Assembly: GCA_018895275.1 (NCBI GenBank)
Contig: JAHIOQ010000032.1
Span: forward strand, 176 to 64,175
Length of the DNA: 64,000 nucleotides
Direction of reading: 5' to 3'
Source of the DNA: Candidatus Omnitrophota bacterium
GTDB lineage: Bacteria; Omnitrophota; Gorgyraeia; B26-G9
Shown in pieces: positions 15,303 to 25,255 of the stretch (position 1 is its first letter; each line of letters begins with the position of its first letter). The translations under genes and the position numbers were made by a program. The notes under the pieces were generated by a model. It saw only the letters and a list, made by a program, of their open reading frames with translations. It searched no databases and was not told the origin of the DNA.

Positions 15303-16286
15303 ATGCTTACCTACTTTTTAAGACGCCTGTTCATGCTTATTCCCTTGCTTATCGGTATAAGCTTAATTTCTTTTCTGGTTATCCATCTTGCTCCCGGTAA
15401 GCCAACCGATGTCCAACTGCAATTAAACCAAAAAGTAAGTCTGCAGGTGAGAGAGCGCCTGGAGAAGCTATATGGGCTGGATGAGCCGTTGCCGGTACAG
15501 TACGCTAAGTGGCTAAGCCGGCTGGTGAGGCTGGATTTCGGGAATTCTTTTATTGATAACCGTCCGGTTATGACCATGATTAGCGAAAGGATTCCGGTTA
15601 CTTTAACGATTAATCTTTTTTCATTGTTATTGATTTTACTTATCGCTGTGCCTATCGGTGTGTTCAGCGCGGTTCATGAGGATACGTTTTTTGACCGGGC
15701 AATGACCGTGTTCGTTTTTATCGGTTTTGCCATGCCGACATTCTGGCTGGCGCTTTTGCTCATGAAGTTTTTCGGCGTGACACTGCATTGCCTGCCGGTT
15801 TCCGGCATTCGTTCCATCAGTTTTGAATATTACAGCGGTTGGGAGAAGTTCATTGATTATCTGCGGCATCTCTTATTGCCGGTTATTATTTCCGCGTTCA
15901 CCGGCCTCGCCGGGTTATCCCGCTATATGCGCACGAGCATGATTAATGTTTTGCATCAGGATTATATCCGTACGGCCAAAGCCAAGGGCCTGCCGCAAAG
16001 ACGCATCTATTTTCGGCATGCCATGAGTAATGCGTTATTGCCGGTAATTACGCTCCTGGGGCTGTCGGTTCCCGGGCTTATCGGCGGCAGTGTTATCGCC
16101 GAATCTATTTTTGCTATTCCGGGCATGGGAAAATTGTTTTATGACGCGGTGATGTCGCGGGATTATCCGGTAATTATGGGGGTGCTTGTGATTGGAACAT
16201 TGCTCACCTTAGTAGGCAATCTCGCGGCGGATCTGGCTTATTCGTTTGCGGATCCGCGGATTAGAACAGGAGAGCAAAGCGGATGA
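15303..16286 (+). CDS. ABC peptide/nickel-type transporter permease (OppB/DppB-like)
   Basis: Starts [29 protein letters not shown] and ends [15 protein letters not shown], which is typical of the family. Confidence 0.88.
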   Translation: MLTYFLRRLFMLIPLLIGISLISFLVIHLAPGKPTDVQLQLNQKVSLQVRERLEKLYGLDEPLPVQYAKWLSRLVRLDFGNSFIDNRPVMTMISERIPVTLTINLFSLLLILLIAVPIGVFSAVHEDTFFDRAMTVFVFIGFAMPTFWLALLLMKFFGVTLHCLPVSGIRSISFEYYSGWEKFIDYLRHLLLPVIISAFTGLAGLSRYMRTSMINVLHQDYIRTAKAKGLPQRRIYFRHAMSNALLPVITLLGLSVPGLIGGSVIAESIFAIPGMGKLFYDAVMSRDYPVIMGVLVIGTLLTLVGNLAADLAYSFADPRIRTGEQSG

Positions 16287-17095
16287 CAAAGGTATTTTTT
16301 AAAAACAAGCCGGCCGTGGCCGGTGCGTTGATTATCCTGGTTATGGCTCTGTTTGCCTTGAGTGCGCCGCTGTCCGGCTACCAGCCGGATGAGGTGGATA
16401 TCGGCAGTTATCTTTTAGCGCCTAACGCGCAGCATATAATGGGAACGGATCTTTTGGGCCGTGATTTGTTTTCGCGTATGGCATATGGAGCAAGGATATC
16501 GTTGCTGGTGGGTATTGTTTCCGTAGGTATCTCCGTGGCCATCGGTATTTTTTTCGGCGCGATTGCCGGTTATTACGGCGGGAAGATAGATATGCTGATT
16601 ATGCGTTTTGTCGATATTATGCTCTGTTTCCCGAGTATTTTTCTGATCCTTGCTTTAGTCGCCTTGTTCGAGCCCGGCATTATGATTATTATGGCGGTAA
16701 TCGGTGTTACGGGATGGATGGGAATATCACGCCTTGTACGCGCGGAGATTTTGAGTTTAAAAGAGAGGGAATTCGTCCTGGCCGCACGCGCCTGCGGGGT
16801 TTCCAACGCGAGGATTATTACCCGCCATCTTATTCCTAATGCCGCCGGCCCTGTACTTGTCAGCGCGACACTGGGAGTTGCCGCGGCTATTTTAGTGGAA
16901 TCAAGCCTGAGTTTTCTCGGAATCGGGGTGCAGCCGCCGACGCCGAGTTGGGGCAATATATTGATGGATGCAAAGGCCAGCCTGGGGGCGGCCTGGTGGC
17001 TGACATTGTTCCCCGGGGTGGCGATTTTCATAACTGTTTTGGGGTATAATCTGCTGGGAGAAGGGCTGCGGGATATTCTTTTGCCCCGCAAGTAA
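16283..17095 (+). CDS. ABC peptide/nickel-type transporter permease (OppC/DppC-like)
   Basis: Contains [21 protein letters not shown] and the EAA-loop region [17 protein letters not shown]. Overlaps the upstream gene by 4 nt. Confidence 0.88.
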   Translation: MTKVFFKNKPAVAGALIILVMALFALSAPLSGYQPDEVDIGSYLLAPNAQHIMGTDLLGRDLFSRMAYGARISLLVGIVSVGISVAIGIFFGAIAGYYGGKIDMLIMRFVDIMLCFPSIFLILALVALFEPGIMIIMAVIGVTGWMGISRLVRAEILSLKEREFVLAARACGVSNARIITRHLIPNAAGPVLVSATLGVAAAILVESSLSFLGIGVQPPTPSWGNILMDAKASLGAAWWLTLFPGVAIFITVLGYNLLGEGLRDILLPRK

Positions 17096-17103
17096 AGGCG
17101 AAC

Positions 17104-18078
17104 ATGCTTGAGGTTAAAAACTTAAAAACCTATTTTTTTTATGACGATAAAATTATTCCCGCCGTAGATGAAGTTTCTTTTTCTCTGGAAGAAGGTTCAA
17201 TATTGGGCATGGTCGGAGAATCCGGCTGCGGCAAGACAATGACGGCGTTATCGATTACGCGCCTTTTGCCTTCGCGGAATTGTAAAATAGCCGAGGGAAG
17301 TATTGTTTTTAACGGGATTGACCTGGCCTCTTTGCCGGAAGATGAATTGAGAAAAAAACGGGGCAGTGAAATATCCTATGTTTTTCAGGAACCGGCAACA
17401 TCGTTAAATCCGGTGCTGAGGATAGAGGAACAGATGAAAGAAGTCATCTTCCTGCACCGCAAGGATATTGCTGCCGCAAAACGCGATGCTTTTATTGTTG
17501 AGCAGTTAACGGAAGTCGGTATCCGCAACGCGCAGAAAAAGGTGAAGTGTTTCCCGCACCAGTTATCCGGAGGAGAAAAACAGCGGGTGATGATTGCCAT
17601 GGCGATGGTGACGCGGCCGAAGTTATTGATTGCCGATGAACCGACAACCGCGCTGGACGTGACTATTCAGGCGCAGATTATTGTCCTATTGCAGGAATTA
17701 AGGCAAAAGTTCGGAGTTTCCATCCTGTTTATCAGCCATGATATAAATGTAATCGGTGAATTGGCGGATTGTGTCGCGGTAATGTATGCCGGGCAGATCG
17801 TGGAATATGCGAAAGCAGAACGCTTAATGCGGCAGCCGCAGCATCCCTATACGCAAGGGCTGTTTGAATGTCTGCCCGGGGCTTGGGCGGTAAAACGGAG
17901 TAGGCTTAATGTACTCTGCGGAGAAGTTCCGAAGGCGGGCTGTTTTCCTCAAGGCTGCCGTTTCCATCCGCGCTGCCCGAAAGTTTTTGACCGCTGCCGT
18001 AAAGAAATGCCGGCGTTGGCCCGGCAAAAAGAAAATCAGGAGGTCCGCTGTTGGCTATACTCCGGCTCAGAAATATAA
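17104..18078 (+). CDS. ABC transporter ATP-binding protein (OppD/DppD-like)
   Basis: Walker A GESGCGKT, signature LSGGEKQR, Walker B LLIADEPTTALD, and a C-terminal Cys-rich oligopeptide-ATPase tail. Confidence 0.9.
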   Translation: MLEVKNLKTYFFYDDKIIPAVDEVSFSLEEGSILGMVGESGCGKTMTALSITRLLPSRNCKIAEGSIVFNGIDLASLPEDELRKKRGSEISYVFQEPATSLNPVLRIEEQMKEVIFLHRKDIAAAKRDAFIVEQLTEVGIRNAQKKVKCFPHQLSGGEKQRVMIAMAMVTRPKLLIADEPTTALDVTIQAQIIVLLQELRQKFGVSILFISHDINVIGELADCVAVMYAGQIVEYAKAERLMRQPQHPYTQGLFECLPGAWAVKRSRLNVLCGEVPKAGCFPQGCRFHPRCPKVFDRCRKEMPALARQKENQEVRCWLYSGSEI

Positions 18079-19025
18079 CTAAATTTTATGAAATAAACCG
18101 GAATTCTTTTTCGCTGCGTCCGCAGCGGATTAAGGCCGTTGATAATGTTTGCCTTACCTTGACCGAGGGGATGACGCTTGGTTTGGTCGGAGAGTCGGGG
18201 TGCGGAAAATCTACCTTGGCAAAGATTATTCTTAAGCTTATTCCGCCGACTTCCGGAGAAATAATTTTTAAGGAAAAAAATATTACGCGTTTGTCCGAGT
18301 CTGCTTTCCGGCCTTTGCGCCGGCAGATGCAGATTGTTTTTCAGGACCCCTACGGAAGCCTTTCTCCCCGGCTTACGGTGAAAGATATAATTGCCGAGCC
18401 TTTGCGGTCTTTCGGAATGCCGAAAATTTTTATGCGGCCGAGGATAGAGGAACTGCTTATCCAGGTCGGGTTGAACTCAGGGCATGCGGACCGCCTGCCG
18501 CAGCAATTAAGCGGCGGAGAAAGGCAGCGGGTGGGAATAGCTCGCGCGCTGGCGACGTCGCCTAGATTGGTGGTGCTGGATGAAGCGGTTTCCTCCCTTG
18601 ACCTCTCCACGCAGGCGCAGGTTTTGAATCTTTTAGTTAAGCTGCAGCAAAAGTACGCGTTGACCTATGTGTTTATCGCGCATAATCTGGGAGTGGTGCG
18701 TTACGTAAGCGACAGGGTTGCCGTGATGTTACGCGGGACAGTAGTGGAAAAAGGCAGCACGGGTGAAGTCTACAATAATCCCTTGCATCCGTATACACAG
18801 CTTTTACTCGGCAGTATGCCGTCTTTGCATAAACGGCTGCTTCGTACCCGAAAAAAGGAAGCTGAGTTGCCGCGTAAAGATGAGCGGGGTACGGCTGCGG
18901 ACACCTCTTCCGCTTGCGTGTTTTTTTCGTTTTGCCCCAAATCCCGTAAGGAGTGCGCGGAAAAGAATCCGGTTTTAAAAGAGGTGGCGCCGCACCATTG
19001 GGTGAGTTGCGCCTGTATCGAATAA
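18051..19025 (+). CDS. ABC transporter ATP-binding protein (OppF/DppF-like)
   Basis: Walker A GESGCGKST, LSGGERQR and VVLDEAVSSLD. The TTG start is uncertain. Confidence 0.88.
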   Translation: MAILRLRNITKFYEINRNSFSLRPQRIKAVDNVCLTLTEGMTLGLVGESGCGKSTLAKIILKLIPPTSGEIIFKEKNITRLSESAFRPLRRQMQIVFQDPYGSLSPRLTVKDIIAEPLRSFGMPKIFMRPRIEELLIQVGLNSGHADRLPQQLSGGERQRVGIARALATSPRLVVLDEAVSSLDLSTQAQVLNLLVKLQQKYALTYVFIAHNLGVVRYVSDRVAVMLRGTVVEKGSTGEVYNNPLHPYTQLLLGSMPSLHKRLLRTRKKEAELPRKDERGTAADTSSACVFFSFCPKSRKECAEKNPVLKEVAPHHWVSCACIE

Positions 19026-19039
19026 AAAATGAGGAACTA

Positions 19040-19843
19040 ATGTTGAATAAATTACCGGTTAGTGTGGTTATTATTACCTGGAATGTGGAATCGAATATCA
19101 AAGAATGCCTGGAGTCGGTTGCCTGGGCGCAGGAGATTGTAATCGTAGATAACGGTTCCACGGATAAGACCCTGGAGATTGCCCGGTTATATACGAAATC
19201 CATTTATCCCGATACCTGGGACAAGGAAGGTTCTATCCGCAACCGTGCTTATCAGCGCGCTAAGAATGAATGGGTTTTATCGCTTGACCCGGATGAACGT
19301 GTAAGCGAAACGCTCAGGAACCAAATCGAAGAGGTATTAAAAAACGGCACGGAATATGACGCCTTTTCCGTGGCGATGAAAAGTATTTTCGGCCGGAATT
19401 ATTGGATGCGTTATGGAGGATGGTATCCGGCCGGCAGGGTAAAATTTTTCAAAAAAAGTAAATTTCGTTATGAGGATGCGGAAATACATCCGCGGGCTTA
19501 CCTTGACGGTAAAGAGGGAAGGCTTAGCGGTGATATCGCGCATTATTGTTATGACGATTTCTCCCAGGTCGTTTCAAAAATGAACCTGCAGAGCACGCTA
19601 GAGGCGCAAAAGTGGGTAAGAGACAAACGCAAAATGAATGCGGGGGTTGCCGCCGTGAGGACTTTTTCGCGTTTTTTCAAGATGTATGTGCAGAAGAAAG
19701 GTTATAAAGACGGCGTTATCGGTTTTATGATGGCCTGGCAGTGGGCTACGTATCAGTTGTTGAGTTATGTTAAATATTGGTGTTTGAAAAAGATGGAAAT
19801 TAATACAGAGAAGCAGTCAAAACAGGAGAAGTCAGCGGTTTAA
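19040..19843 (+). CDS. family-2 glycosyltransferase
   Basis: PVSVVIITWNVESNIKECLESV...EIVIVDNGSTDKT..SLDPDE (DxD). ATG 19040 is preceded by a GAGGA RBS. The ORF-track start 18953 overlaps the upstream gene. Confidence 0.85.
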   Translation: MLNKLPVSVVIITWNVESNIKECLESVAWAQEIVIVDNGSTDKTLEIARLYTKSIYPDTWDKEGSIRNRAYQRAKNEWVLSLDPDERVSETLRNQIEEVLKNGTEYDAFSVAMKSIFGRNYWMRYGGWYPAGRVKFFKKSKFRYEDAEIHPRAYLDGKEGRLSGDIAHYCYDDFSQVVSKMNLQSTLEAQKWVRDKRKMNAGVAAVRTFSRFFKMYVQKKGYKDGVIGFMMAWQWATYQLLSYVKYWCLKKMEINTEKQSKQEKSAV

Positions 19844-19858
19844 AAGCAGGGGAATCGT

Positions 19859-21058
19859 ATGGGAAAGACCATAAAACAAATCAATGCTAAAATCAAAAAT
19901 GGTAAAGCAGTCGTTGTAACCAAAGAGGAAATGCTCGATATCGTAGCCAAAAAAGGGCTAAAAAAAGCGGCGCAGCATGTGGACGTGGTTACAACCGGGA
20001 CTTTTGGCCCAATGTGTTCTTCCATGGCCGTTTTTAATATCGGCCATTCCAAACCGAAAATTAAAATACAAAAGGCATGGCTTAATGATGTCGAATGTTA
20101 TTGCGGATTGGCGGCGGTGGATATGCTTATCGGAGCAACTCAGATTTCCGATAAAGACCCGGCCAATTCTTACGGCTGCGGCGAATTTAGATACGGCGGT
20201 GCGCATGTCATTGAAGATTTGGTCTCGGGGAAAAGCCTTCGTTTAAGGGCGGAATCTTACGGTACGGATTGTTATCCGCTGCGGAAACTTACAACGTTGA
20301 TTAAATTAAAAGACCTAAATGAAGCCTGGATGATCAATCCGCGCAATTGTTATCAGAACTATAATGTCGCGGTGAATATGTCCGAGCGTACGATTAGCAC
20401 TTATATGGGAGTGTTGCGGCCGTATGCGGCTAATGCTTATTATTGCAGCGCCGGGCAATTGTCTCCGTTATTAAATGATCCCTATTTTCGCACGATTGGT
20501 GTGGGAACGAGGATTTTTTTGGCCGGGGCCGTTGGCTATGTTATTTCTCAAGGGACGCAGCACACTACGGACGTTAAAAGGACCAAAACCGGGGTGCCGG
20601 AGAGCCCGGCGGGTACGCTTGCCGTAAAAGGAGACTTGAAAGAGATGTCTACCCGTTGGCTTCGGGCGGCTTCTTTTCGCGGTTATGGAGTAAGTTTGTC
20701 GGTGGGCATAGGCGTGCCGATTCCGATTCTCGACGAGGAAATGGCGAAATTTGTCAGTGTTAAGGATGAGGAAATCTTTGCGAACATTGCAGATTACGGT
20801 AAAGACTATCCGGAAGGCAAATCCAACTCTTTAGGAAGGGTGAACTATAAAGAACTGCGCTCCGGAAAGATTATGTTTAACGGGAATGCGGTGCCTACTG
20901 CCGGATTATCCAGTTATTACAAGGCAAGTGAAATTTGCGCTGTTTTGAAAGAACGCATTAAAAAAGGCGGGTTTTTTCTGACGGAACCTGTACAGTCAAT
21001 TCCTACCAAGGGCTCGGGAGTGAATTTTAAAACGCTTCATATGCGCCCGATAGAATAA
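19859..21058 (+). CDS. COG1900/DUF39-family homocysteine biosynthesis protein (sulfur incorporation)
   Basis: 399 aa with VDVVTTGTFGPMCSSMAVFNIGH, YGGAHVIEDLV and NPRNCYQNY strings, which I recognise from the methanogen MA1821-type family. Confidence 0.7.
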   Translation: MGKTIKQINAKIKNGKAVVVTKEEMLDIVAKKGLKKAAQHVDVVTTGTFGPMCSSMAVFNIGHSKPKIKIQKAWLNDVECYCGLAAVDMLIGATQISDKDPANSYGCGEFRYGGAHVIEDLVSGKSLRLRAESYGTDCYPLRKLTTLIKLKDLNEAWMINPRNCYQNYNVAVNMSERTISTYMGVLRPYAANAYYCSAGQLSPLLNDPYFRTIGVGTRIFLAGAVGYVISQGTQHTTDVKRTKTGVPESPAGTLAVKGDLKEMSTRWLRAASFRGYGVSLSVGIGVPIPILDEEMAKFVSVKDEEIFANIADYGKDYPEGKSNSLGRVNYKELRSGKIMFNGNAVPTAGLSSYYKASEICAVLKERIKKGGFFLTEPVQSIPTKGSGVNFKTLHMRPIE

Positions 21059-21071
21059 GACAAGAACGAAG

Positions 21072-21233
21072 TTATTCTGATTTGGATTTTTTCTCTGCGG
21101 GTTTTTTAAAGCAAGCAGGAAAATAATCGCATAGTTCACAGCAAACATCTTCTTCGTGCCGTTCTCCGCGGTACCATTTTAATTCGCATGTCCAGTATAT
21201 TTGACATCGTGTGCAGCAGTAATGTATCGGCAT
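21072..21233 (-). CDS. small Cys-rich protein (53 aa), not in the ORF track
   Basis: My own translation is MPIHYCCTRCQIYWTCELKWYRGERHEEDVCCELCDYFPACFKKPAEKKSKSE. It has 8 Cys, an AGGA RBS about 8 nt upstream, and starts 30 nt after the CheC-like gene on the same strand. Confidence 0.4.
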   Translation of the reverse strand: MPIHYCCTRCQIYWTCELKWYRGERHEEDVCCELCDYFPACFKKPAEKKSKSE

Positions 21234-21263
21234 TGTTTTTTCCTGTAAGTGTTTAGAATCGGT

Positions 21264-21905
21264 TTAATTTGTCTTTTTGTCGGACTCCCAGTATTTCCGC
21301 GTATCTTCCAGCAGCCTTTTTATTGTTTTTGGATCGAACAGAAGGAAAAAACTGCCTTTGATGCTGTTTTCCTTTATATCGAAAAATGTTTCGATAAGGA
21401 TAATTTCATGCGCCACGTTTTTAAAGCCGTGGAAAGCGACATTGAATATTGTTTCCAGTGTTCCGCAGATAAGACTGGGGGTTGAGTGCAGAATTACCTG
21501 CTTTGTAAACGTGGACAATGTTGCCAGGTAGGCAGAGATAACGATATTGCCGACTTCCTTCAAAGACGATACTCCGTATTCCGTGGCATTGCCGAGTTCG
21601 CTGCGGTATTGAGAAACCGCGTCGACCAGGCTGTAAGCGCTTTTTTCCGGGAACATTAATACGATGTTCCCGGAGAGGTTACCGAGGAGCTGAATGTTTA
21701 CGCCGACTAAAATTTCTTGTGAATGGTTAAGTTTGCTAAATACGGAGTTTGCTTTGATGAGTTTAAGGTCGGGTATTTTTAGCTCTATTCTTTGATTAAG
21801 TACTTGAGAAAGCGCGACGGTGGCATTTCCGGAACAAATATTCCCGACTTCTTTAAGCATGTCGATGCACATAGGATCTAGCGTCGTATTTTTATTTTCT
21901 CCCAT
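21264..21905 (-). CDS. CheC-like protein (CheC/CheX/FliY phosphatase family)
   Basis: Duplicated motif MLKEVGNICSGNATVALS and LKEVGNIVISAYLATLS. Length 213 aa. Confidence 0.75.
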   Translation of the reverse strand: MGENKNTTLDPMCIDMLKEVGNICSGNATVALSQVLNQRIELKIPDLKLIKANSVFSKLNHSQEILVGVNIQLLGNLSGNIVLMFPEKSAYSLVDAVSQYRSELGNATEYGVSSLKEVGNIVISAYLATLSTFTKQVILHSTPSLICGTLETIFNVAFHGFKNVAHEIILIETFFDIKENSIKGSFFLLFDPKTIKRLLEDTRKYWESDKKTN

Positions 21906-22158
21906 GGGATTTTGAACCCTCCTTACTATTTAACTTGTTAGATTTGACCGTTATATGCTTGTCCCTGACCATCTTCACAAAGGCTTCCTTTTTGATTGTA
22001 AACTATAACATAATAAGAAATTAGTGTCAATAAAATTTGTTTTCAAATTAATGTTTTTATGCTAATATAAAATAATATTTTTTTTTTAAGAAAAGCCGTT
22101 CAAAGAGATTTGAGGCAAAATAAGAGCGGCAAATTTATATTGGAAAAGGGCTATAATT

Positions 22159-23475
22159 ATGAACGGATTGAATGCGGCAATGAAAACATTTCCGGGCGGA
22201 AAACATATAGAAGGGCATAAGCAGCTTACCAGGAATGAGCCTATTTGCGCGATGCCGTTACCGGCACAGGTCATTATTCCTTTAAGCCAGCATACGGGGA
22301 GTATCTGTGAACCGCTTGTAAAAAAAGGCGACAAGGTTAAAGCCGGGACAAAAATCGGGCAGGGTAACGGCGTGGTTTCCAGCACGGTTCATGCCAGTGT
22401 TTCCGGTACGGTAAATAATATTAGTGACTATAACCACCCGGTATTGGGCTCTTGTCCTGCCGTAATTATAGATTCCGACGGCAAGGATGAAAACGATGCA
22501 CAGGTGAAGGAGCGCAGCGGGATTGCGGAGCTCTCTAAGGAGGAGTTGCTGGCTATAATTAAAGATAGCGGGATCGTGGGGCTTGGCGGAGCGGCTTTTC
22601 CTACCCAGGTTAAATTAAATCCGCCGCGGCCGGTAGATACCTTAATTATAAACGGGGTTGAATGCGAGCCGTATCTTACGTGCGATTTTCGTCTGATGCT
22701 GGAGAGGACCAACGAACTGCTGCAGGGAATTCAGCTGATTCAGAAGATTGTAAATGTACAAAAAGTATTTATCGGGATAGAAGAAGACAAGCAGGAAGCG
22801 GTTTTGCAGCTTAGAAATAGAATTATGGAAAAGAAGCGCCGGTTTGAAGTTGTTGCTTTAAAAGCAAAATATCCGCAGGGCGCGGAAAAGCAATTGATTA
22901 AGGCGGTTGTCGGACGGGAAGTGCCTCCGGGAAAACTGCCTTTTGATGTCGGCGTTATTGTTGTAAATGTAGGAACGGCGGTAGCTGTTTACGAAGCCGT
23001 ATGTTTAGGAAAGCCTTTATACGAGAGAATCGTTACGGTAACGGGAAGAATTGTAAAGAAGCCGGCTAATTTAAAAGTAAGATTAGGTACGAGGTTTTCG
23101 GATATAATTGCGTTTTGTGAAGGGACAAAAGAGCCCTTGGGAAAAATCATCATGGGCGGGCCGATGATGGGGCTGGCGCAGTTTACGGATGATGTACCGG
23201 TCATAAAGGGAACATCCGGTATATTGATGCTTGCGAAAGATGAAATCAAGGATTTTACGGAAACCCCTTGTATCCGCTGCGGCAGATGCGTGAATGTTTG
23301 TCCGGTTAGGATGCTTCCGTACGCATTAAGCCTCTGCGTGGAATCTAAGAGTTTTGAGCAGGCGCTGCAGTATAATCCGCGGGATTGTATGGAATGCGGG
23401 GCCTGCGCGTATGTTTGTCCGGCAAAACGACGGATCGTCGAAAGTATAAGATTAATTAAGGCGGTTGTGAAATGA
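22159..23475 (+). CDS. rnfC: RnfC-like electron transport complex subunit
   Basis: FPGGKHIEGHK N-terminus, GIVGLGGAAFPT (NADH/FMN site), SGILM, and two ferredoxin motifs CIRCGRCVNVCP and CMECGACAYVCP. Confidence 0.88.
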   Translation: MNGLNAAMKTFPGGKHIEGHKQLTRNEPICAMPLPAQVIIPLSQHTGSICEPLVKKGDKVKAGTKIGQGNGVVSSTVHASVSGTVNNISDYNHPVLGSCPAVIIDSDGKDENDAQVKERSGIAELSKEELLAIIKDSGIVGLGGAAFPTQVKLNPPRPVDTLIINGVECEPYLTCDFRLMLERTNELLQGIQLIQKIVNVQKVFIGIEEDKQEAVLQLRNRIMEKKRRFEVVALKAKYPQGAEKQLIKAVVGREVPPGKLPFDVGVIVVNVGTAVAVYEAVCLGKPLYERIVTVTGRIVKKPANLKVRLGTRFSDIIAFCEGTKEPLGKIIMGGPMMGLAQFTDDVPVIKGTSGILMLAKDEIKDFTETPCIRCGRCVNVCPVRMLPYALSLCVESKSFEQALQYNPRDCMECGACAYVCPAKRRIVESIRLIKAVVK

Positions 23476-24458
23476 GTGAAGAGAGGGCTATGACGTTATC
23501 AATGACGAGTTCTCCGCATATTCGTTTCCCGGAGACGACATCAAGAATAATGTGGACGGTGTTTTTTTGCTTAATTCCGTCCGGGATCGTGAGTGTTTAT
23601 GTTTTTGGGCTTTCCACGCTTTGGATTATTATAACCGCGGTATTGGGCGCAGTGGCTACTGAATACGGATGTGGCTTAATGGCGGGAGGCAAAAATACGA
23701 TTAGTGACGGAAGCGCGGCATTGACGGGGTTATTGCTTGCATATAATTTACCACCGCAGGCGCCTTTATGGATGGTTTTTATCGGTGCGTTCATCGCGAT
23801 TGTTTTTTCCAAGGTTCTTTTCGGCGGTCTGGGATTTAATATCTTTAATCCGGCTTTAATCGGCCGGGTTTTTCTTATGGCAAGCTTTCCTGTATTGATG
23901 ACACGCTGGCCCGCGCCTTTTCGTGTGGATGCGGTTACGGCGGCAACTCCGCTGGCCGTCTTTAAGGACAGCTTCCAGGGGACGAATGTTTTATCTCAAG
24001 CGGATATCATTAATTATTCTTACCGTGATCTGTTTCTTGGGTTTCGCGGCGGTTGTATTGGCGAAGGGTGCGTGGCCGCGCTGCTGCTGGGTGCGGTTTA
24101 TTTACTTATCCGCGGATATATATCATGGCAAATACCGGTCAGTTTTATCGGGACCGTAGCTGTTTTCAGCTGGCTTTTTTCCGGAAAGGATGGTATAGCC
24201 GGCGGAGATTTTATATTGCATATTCTTTCCGGAGGGCTGGTGCTGGGGGCGTTTTATATGGCGACTGATTACGTTACCAGTCCGATAACCAAGACCGGAC
24301 AGCTGATTTTTGGTTTCGGTTGCGGTTTGATCACCGGTGTTATTCGCTTATGGGGAGGATATCCGGAGGGGGTTTCTTATTCTATCTTACTTATGAACAT
24401 CTTAGTCCCGCTGCTGGATAAATTTATTGTGCCAAGGAGGTTTGGTGAATTAAAATGA
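23472..24458 (+). CDS. rnfD: RnfD-like membrane subunit
   Basis: SSPHIR start, polytopic, SGGLVLGAFYMATDYVTSP (covalent-FMN region), and LLMNILVPLLD. Confidence 0.88.
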   Translation: MSEERAMTLSMTSSPHIRFPETTSRIMWTVFFCLIPSGIVSVYVFGLSTLWIIITAVLGAVATEYGCGLMAGGKNTISDGSAALTGLLLAYNLPPQAPLWMVFIGAFIAIVFSKVLFGGLGFNIFNPALIGRVFLMASFPVLMTRWPAPFRVDAVTAATPLAVFKDSFQGTNVLSQADIINYSYRDLFLGFRGGCIGEGCVAALLLGAVYLLIRGYISWQIPVSFIGTVAVFSWLFSGKDGIAGGDFILHILSGGLVLGAFYMATDYVTSPITKTGQLIFGFGCGLITGVIRLWGGYPEGVSYSILLMNILVPLLDKFIVPRRFGELK

Positions 24459-25255
24459 ATAGTATTGCTTCGGCGGTTATCGCCTTATCAGGATTGGGGC
24501 TTATTTTCGGCGCAGTACTGGCGTGGGTTTCAAAAAAATTTCATGTTTTCGTGGATCCCCGGATTACTAAAGTAACGGAATTATTGCCGGGAATCAATTG
24601 CGGCGCGTGCGGATTGGCCGGTTGTGCCGGCCTGGCGGAAGCGGTGGTGAATAAAGAAACCGAGCTGGCGGTCTGTGTTGCCTGTTCGCCTGAAAACAAG
24701 AAAGAAATTGCCGCGGTTCTGGGCGTTTCGGCGGGAGATATGGCCCGGTCAAATACTCTCGCCGCGATAATCGGCTGCGGCGGCGGTACGCGCTGTAAAA
24801 ATAAGTTTGAATACCAGGGGCTTAAAGACTGCCGGGTTGCCGCCCTGACAATCGGTGCTCATAAGGAGTGCCGGTACTCGTGCCTGGAGCAAGGCACATG
24901 TATAGAGGCTTGTCCTTTTGGGGCGATTACGATGCAGCCGGAAGGAGTCCCGAAGGTCATTCTTGAACGTTGTGTCGGCTGCAAAAAATGCGTTTCCGTG
25001 TGTCCGCGGCGGATTATTTATATGGTTGAGCGTAAGAAAAAAGATGTATATATCAATTGTCAGTCCCGCGATAAGGGAGCGCAAGTAATGAAAAAATGCA
25101 AGGTTGGATGTATTGCCTGCGGTAAATGCGTTAAGGCTTGTCCGGTAAATGCGATTGCGATAGAAAACAACCTTGCGCAGATAGATTACAAGAAGTGTAT
25201 TAATTGTAAAAAATGTGTGGCAGTTTGTCCGACAAAGGCAATTGCGCTTCGATGA
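24455..25255 (+). CDS. rnfB: RnfB-like iron-sulfur subunit (N-terminal TM, CxxC FeS domain, multiple 4Fe-4S ferredoxin motifs)
   Basis: TM anchor, LPGINCGACGLAGCAGLAEAV, then CVGCKKCVSVCP, CIACGKCVKACP and CINCKKCVAVCP. Confidence 0.85.
   Translation: MNSIASAVIALSGLGLIFGAVLAWVSKKFHVFVDPRITKVTELLPGINCGACGLAGCAGLAEAVVNKETELAVCVACSPENKKEIAAVLGVSAGDMARSNTLAAIIGCGGGTRCKNKFEYQGLKDCRVAALTIGAHKECRYSCLEQGTCIEACPFGAITMQPEGVPKVILERCVGCKKCVSVCPRRIIYMVERKKKDVYINCQSRDKGAQVMKKCKVGCIACGKCVKACPVNAIAIENNLAQIDYKKCINCKKCVAVCPTKAIALR

Noticed and set aside
18953-19039. Upstream extensions offered by the ORF track for several genes. Cases are GT2 from 18953, YhaV from 35473, LeuC from 41048, AroA from 47433, NfeD from 30437, ASKHA from 25213, and GNAT from 40575.
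   Set aside because: The extensions overlap the preceding gene, lack an RBS and add non-homologous residues. Internal starts with an RBS or ATGA/TTGA coupling give family-typical N-termini. The exact starts remain unverified.
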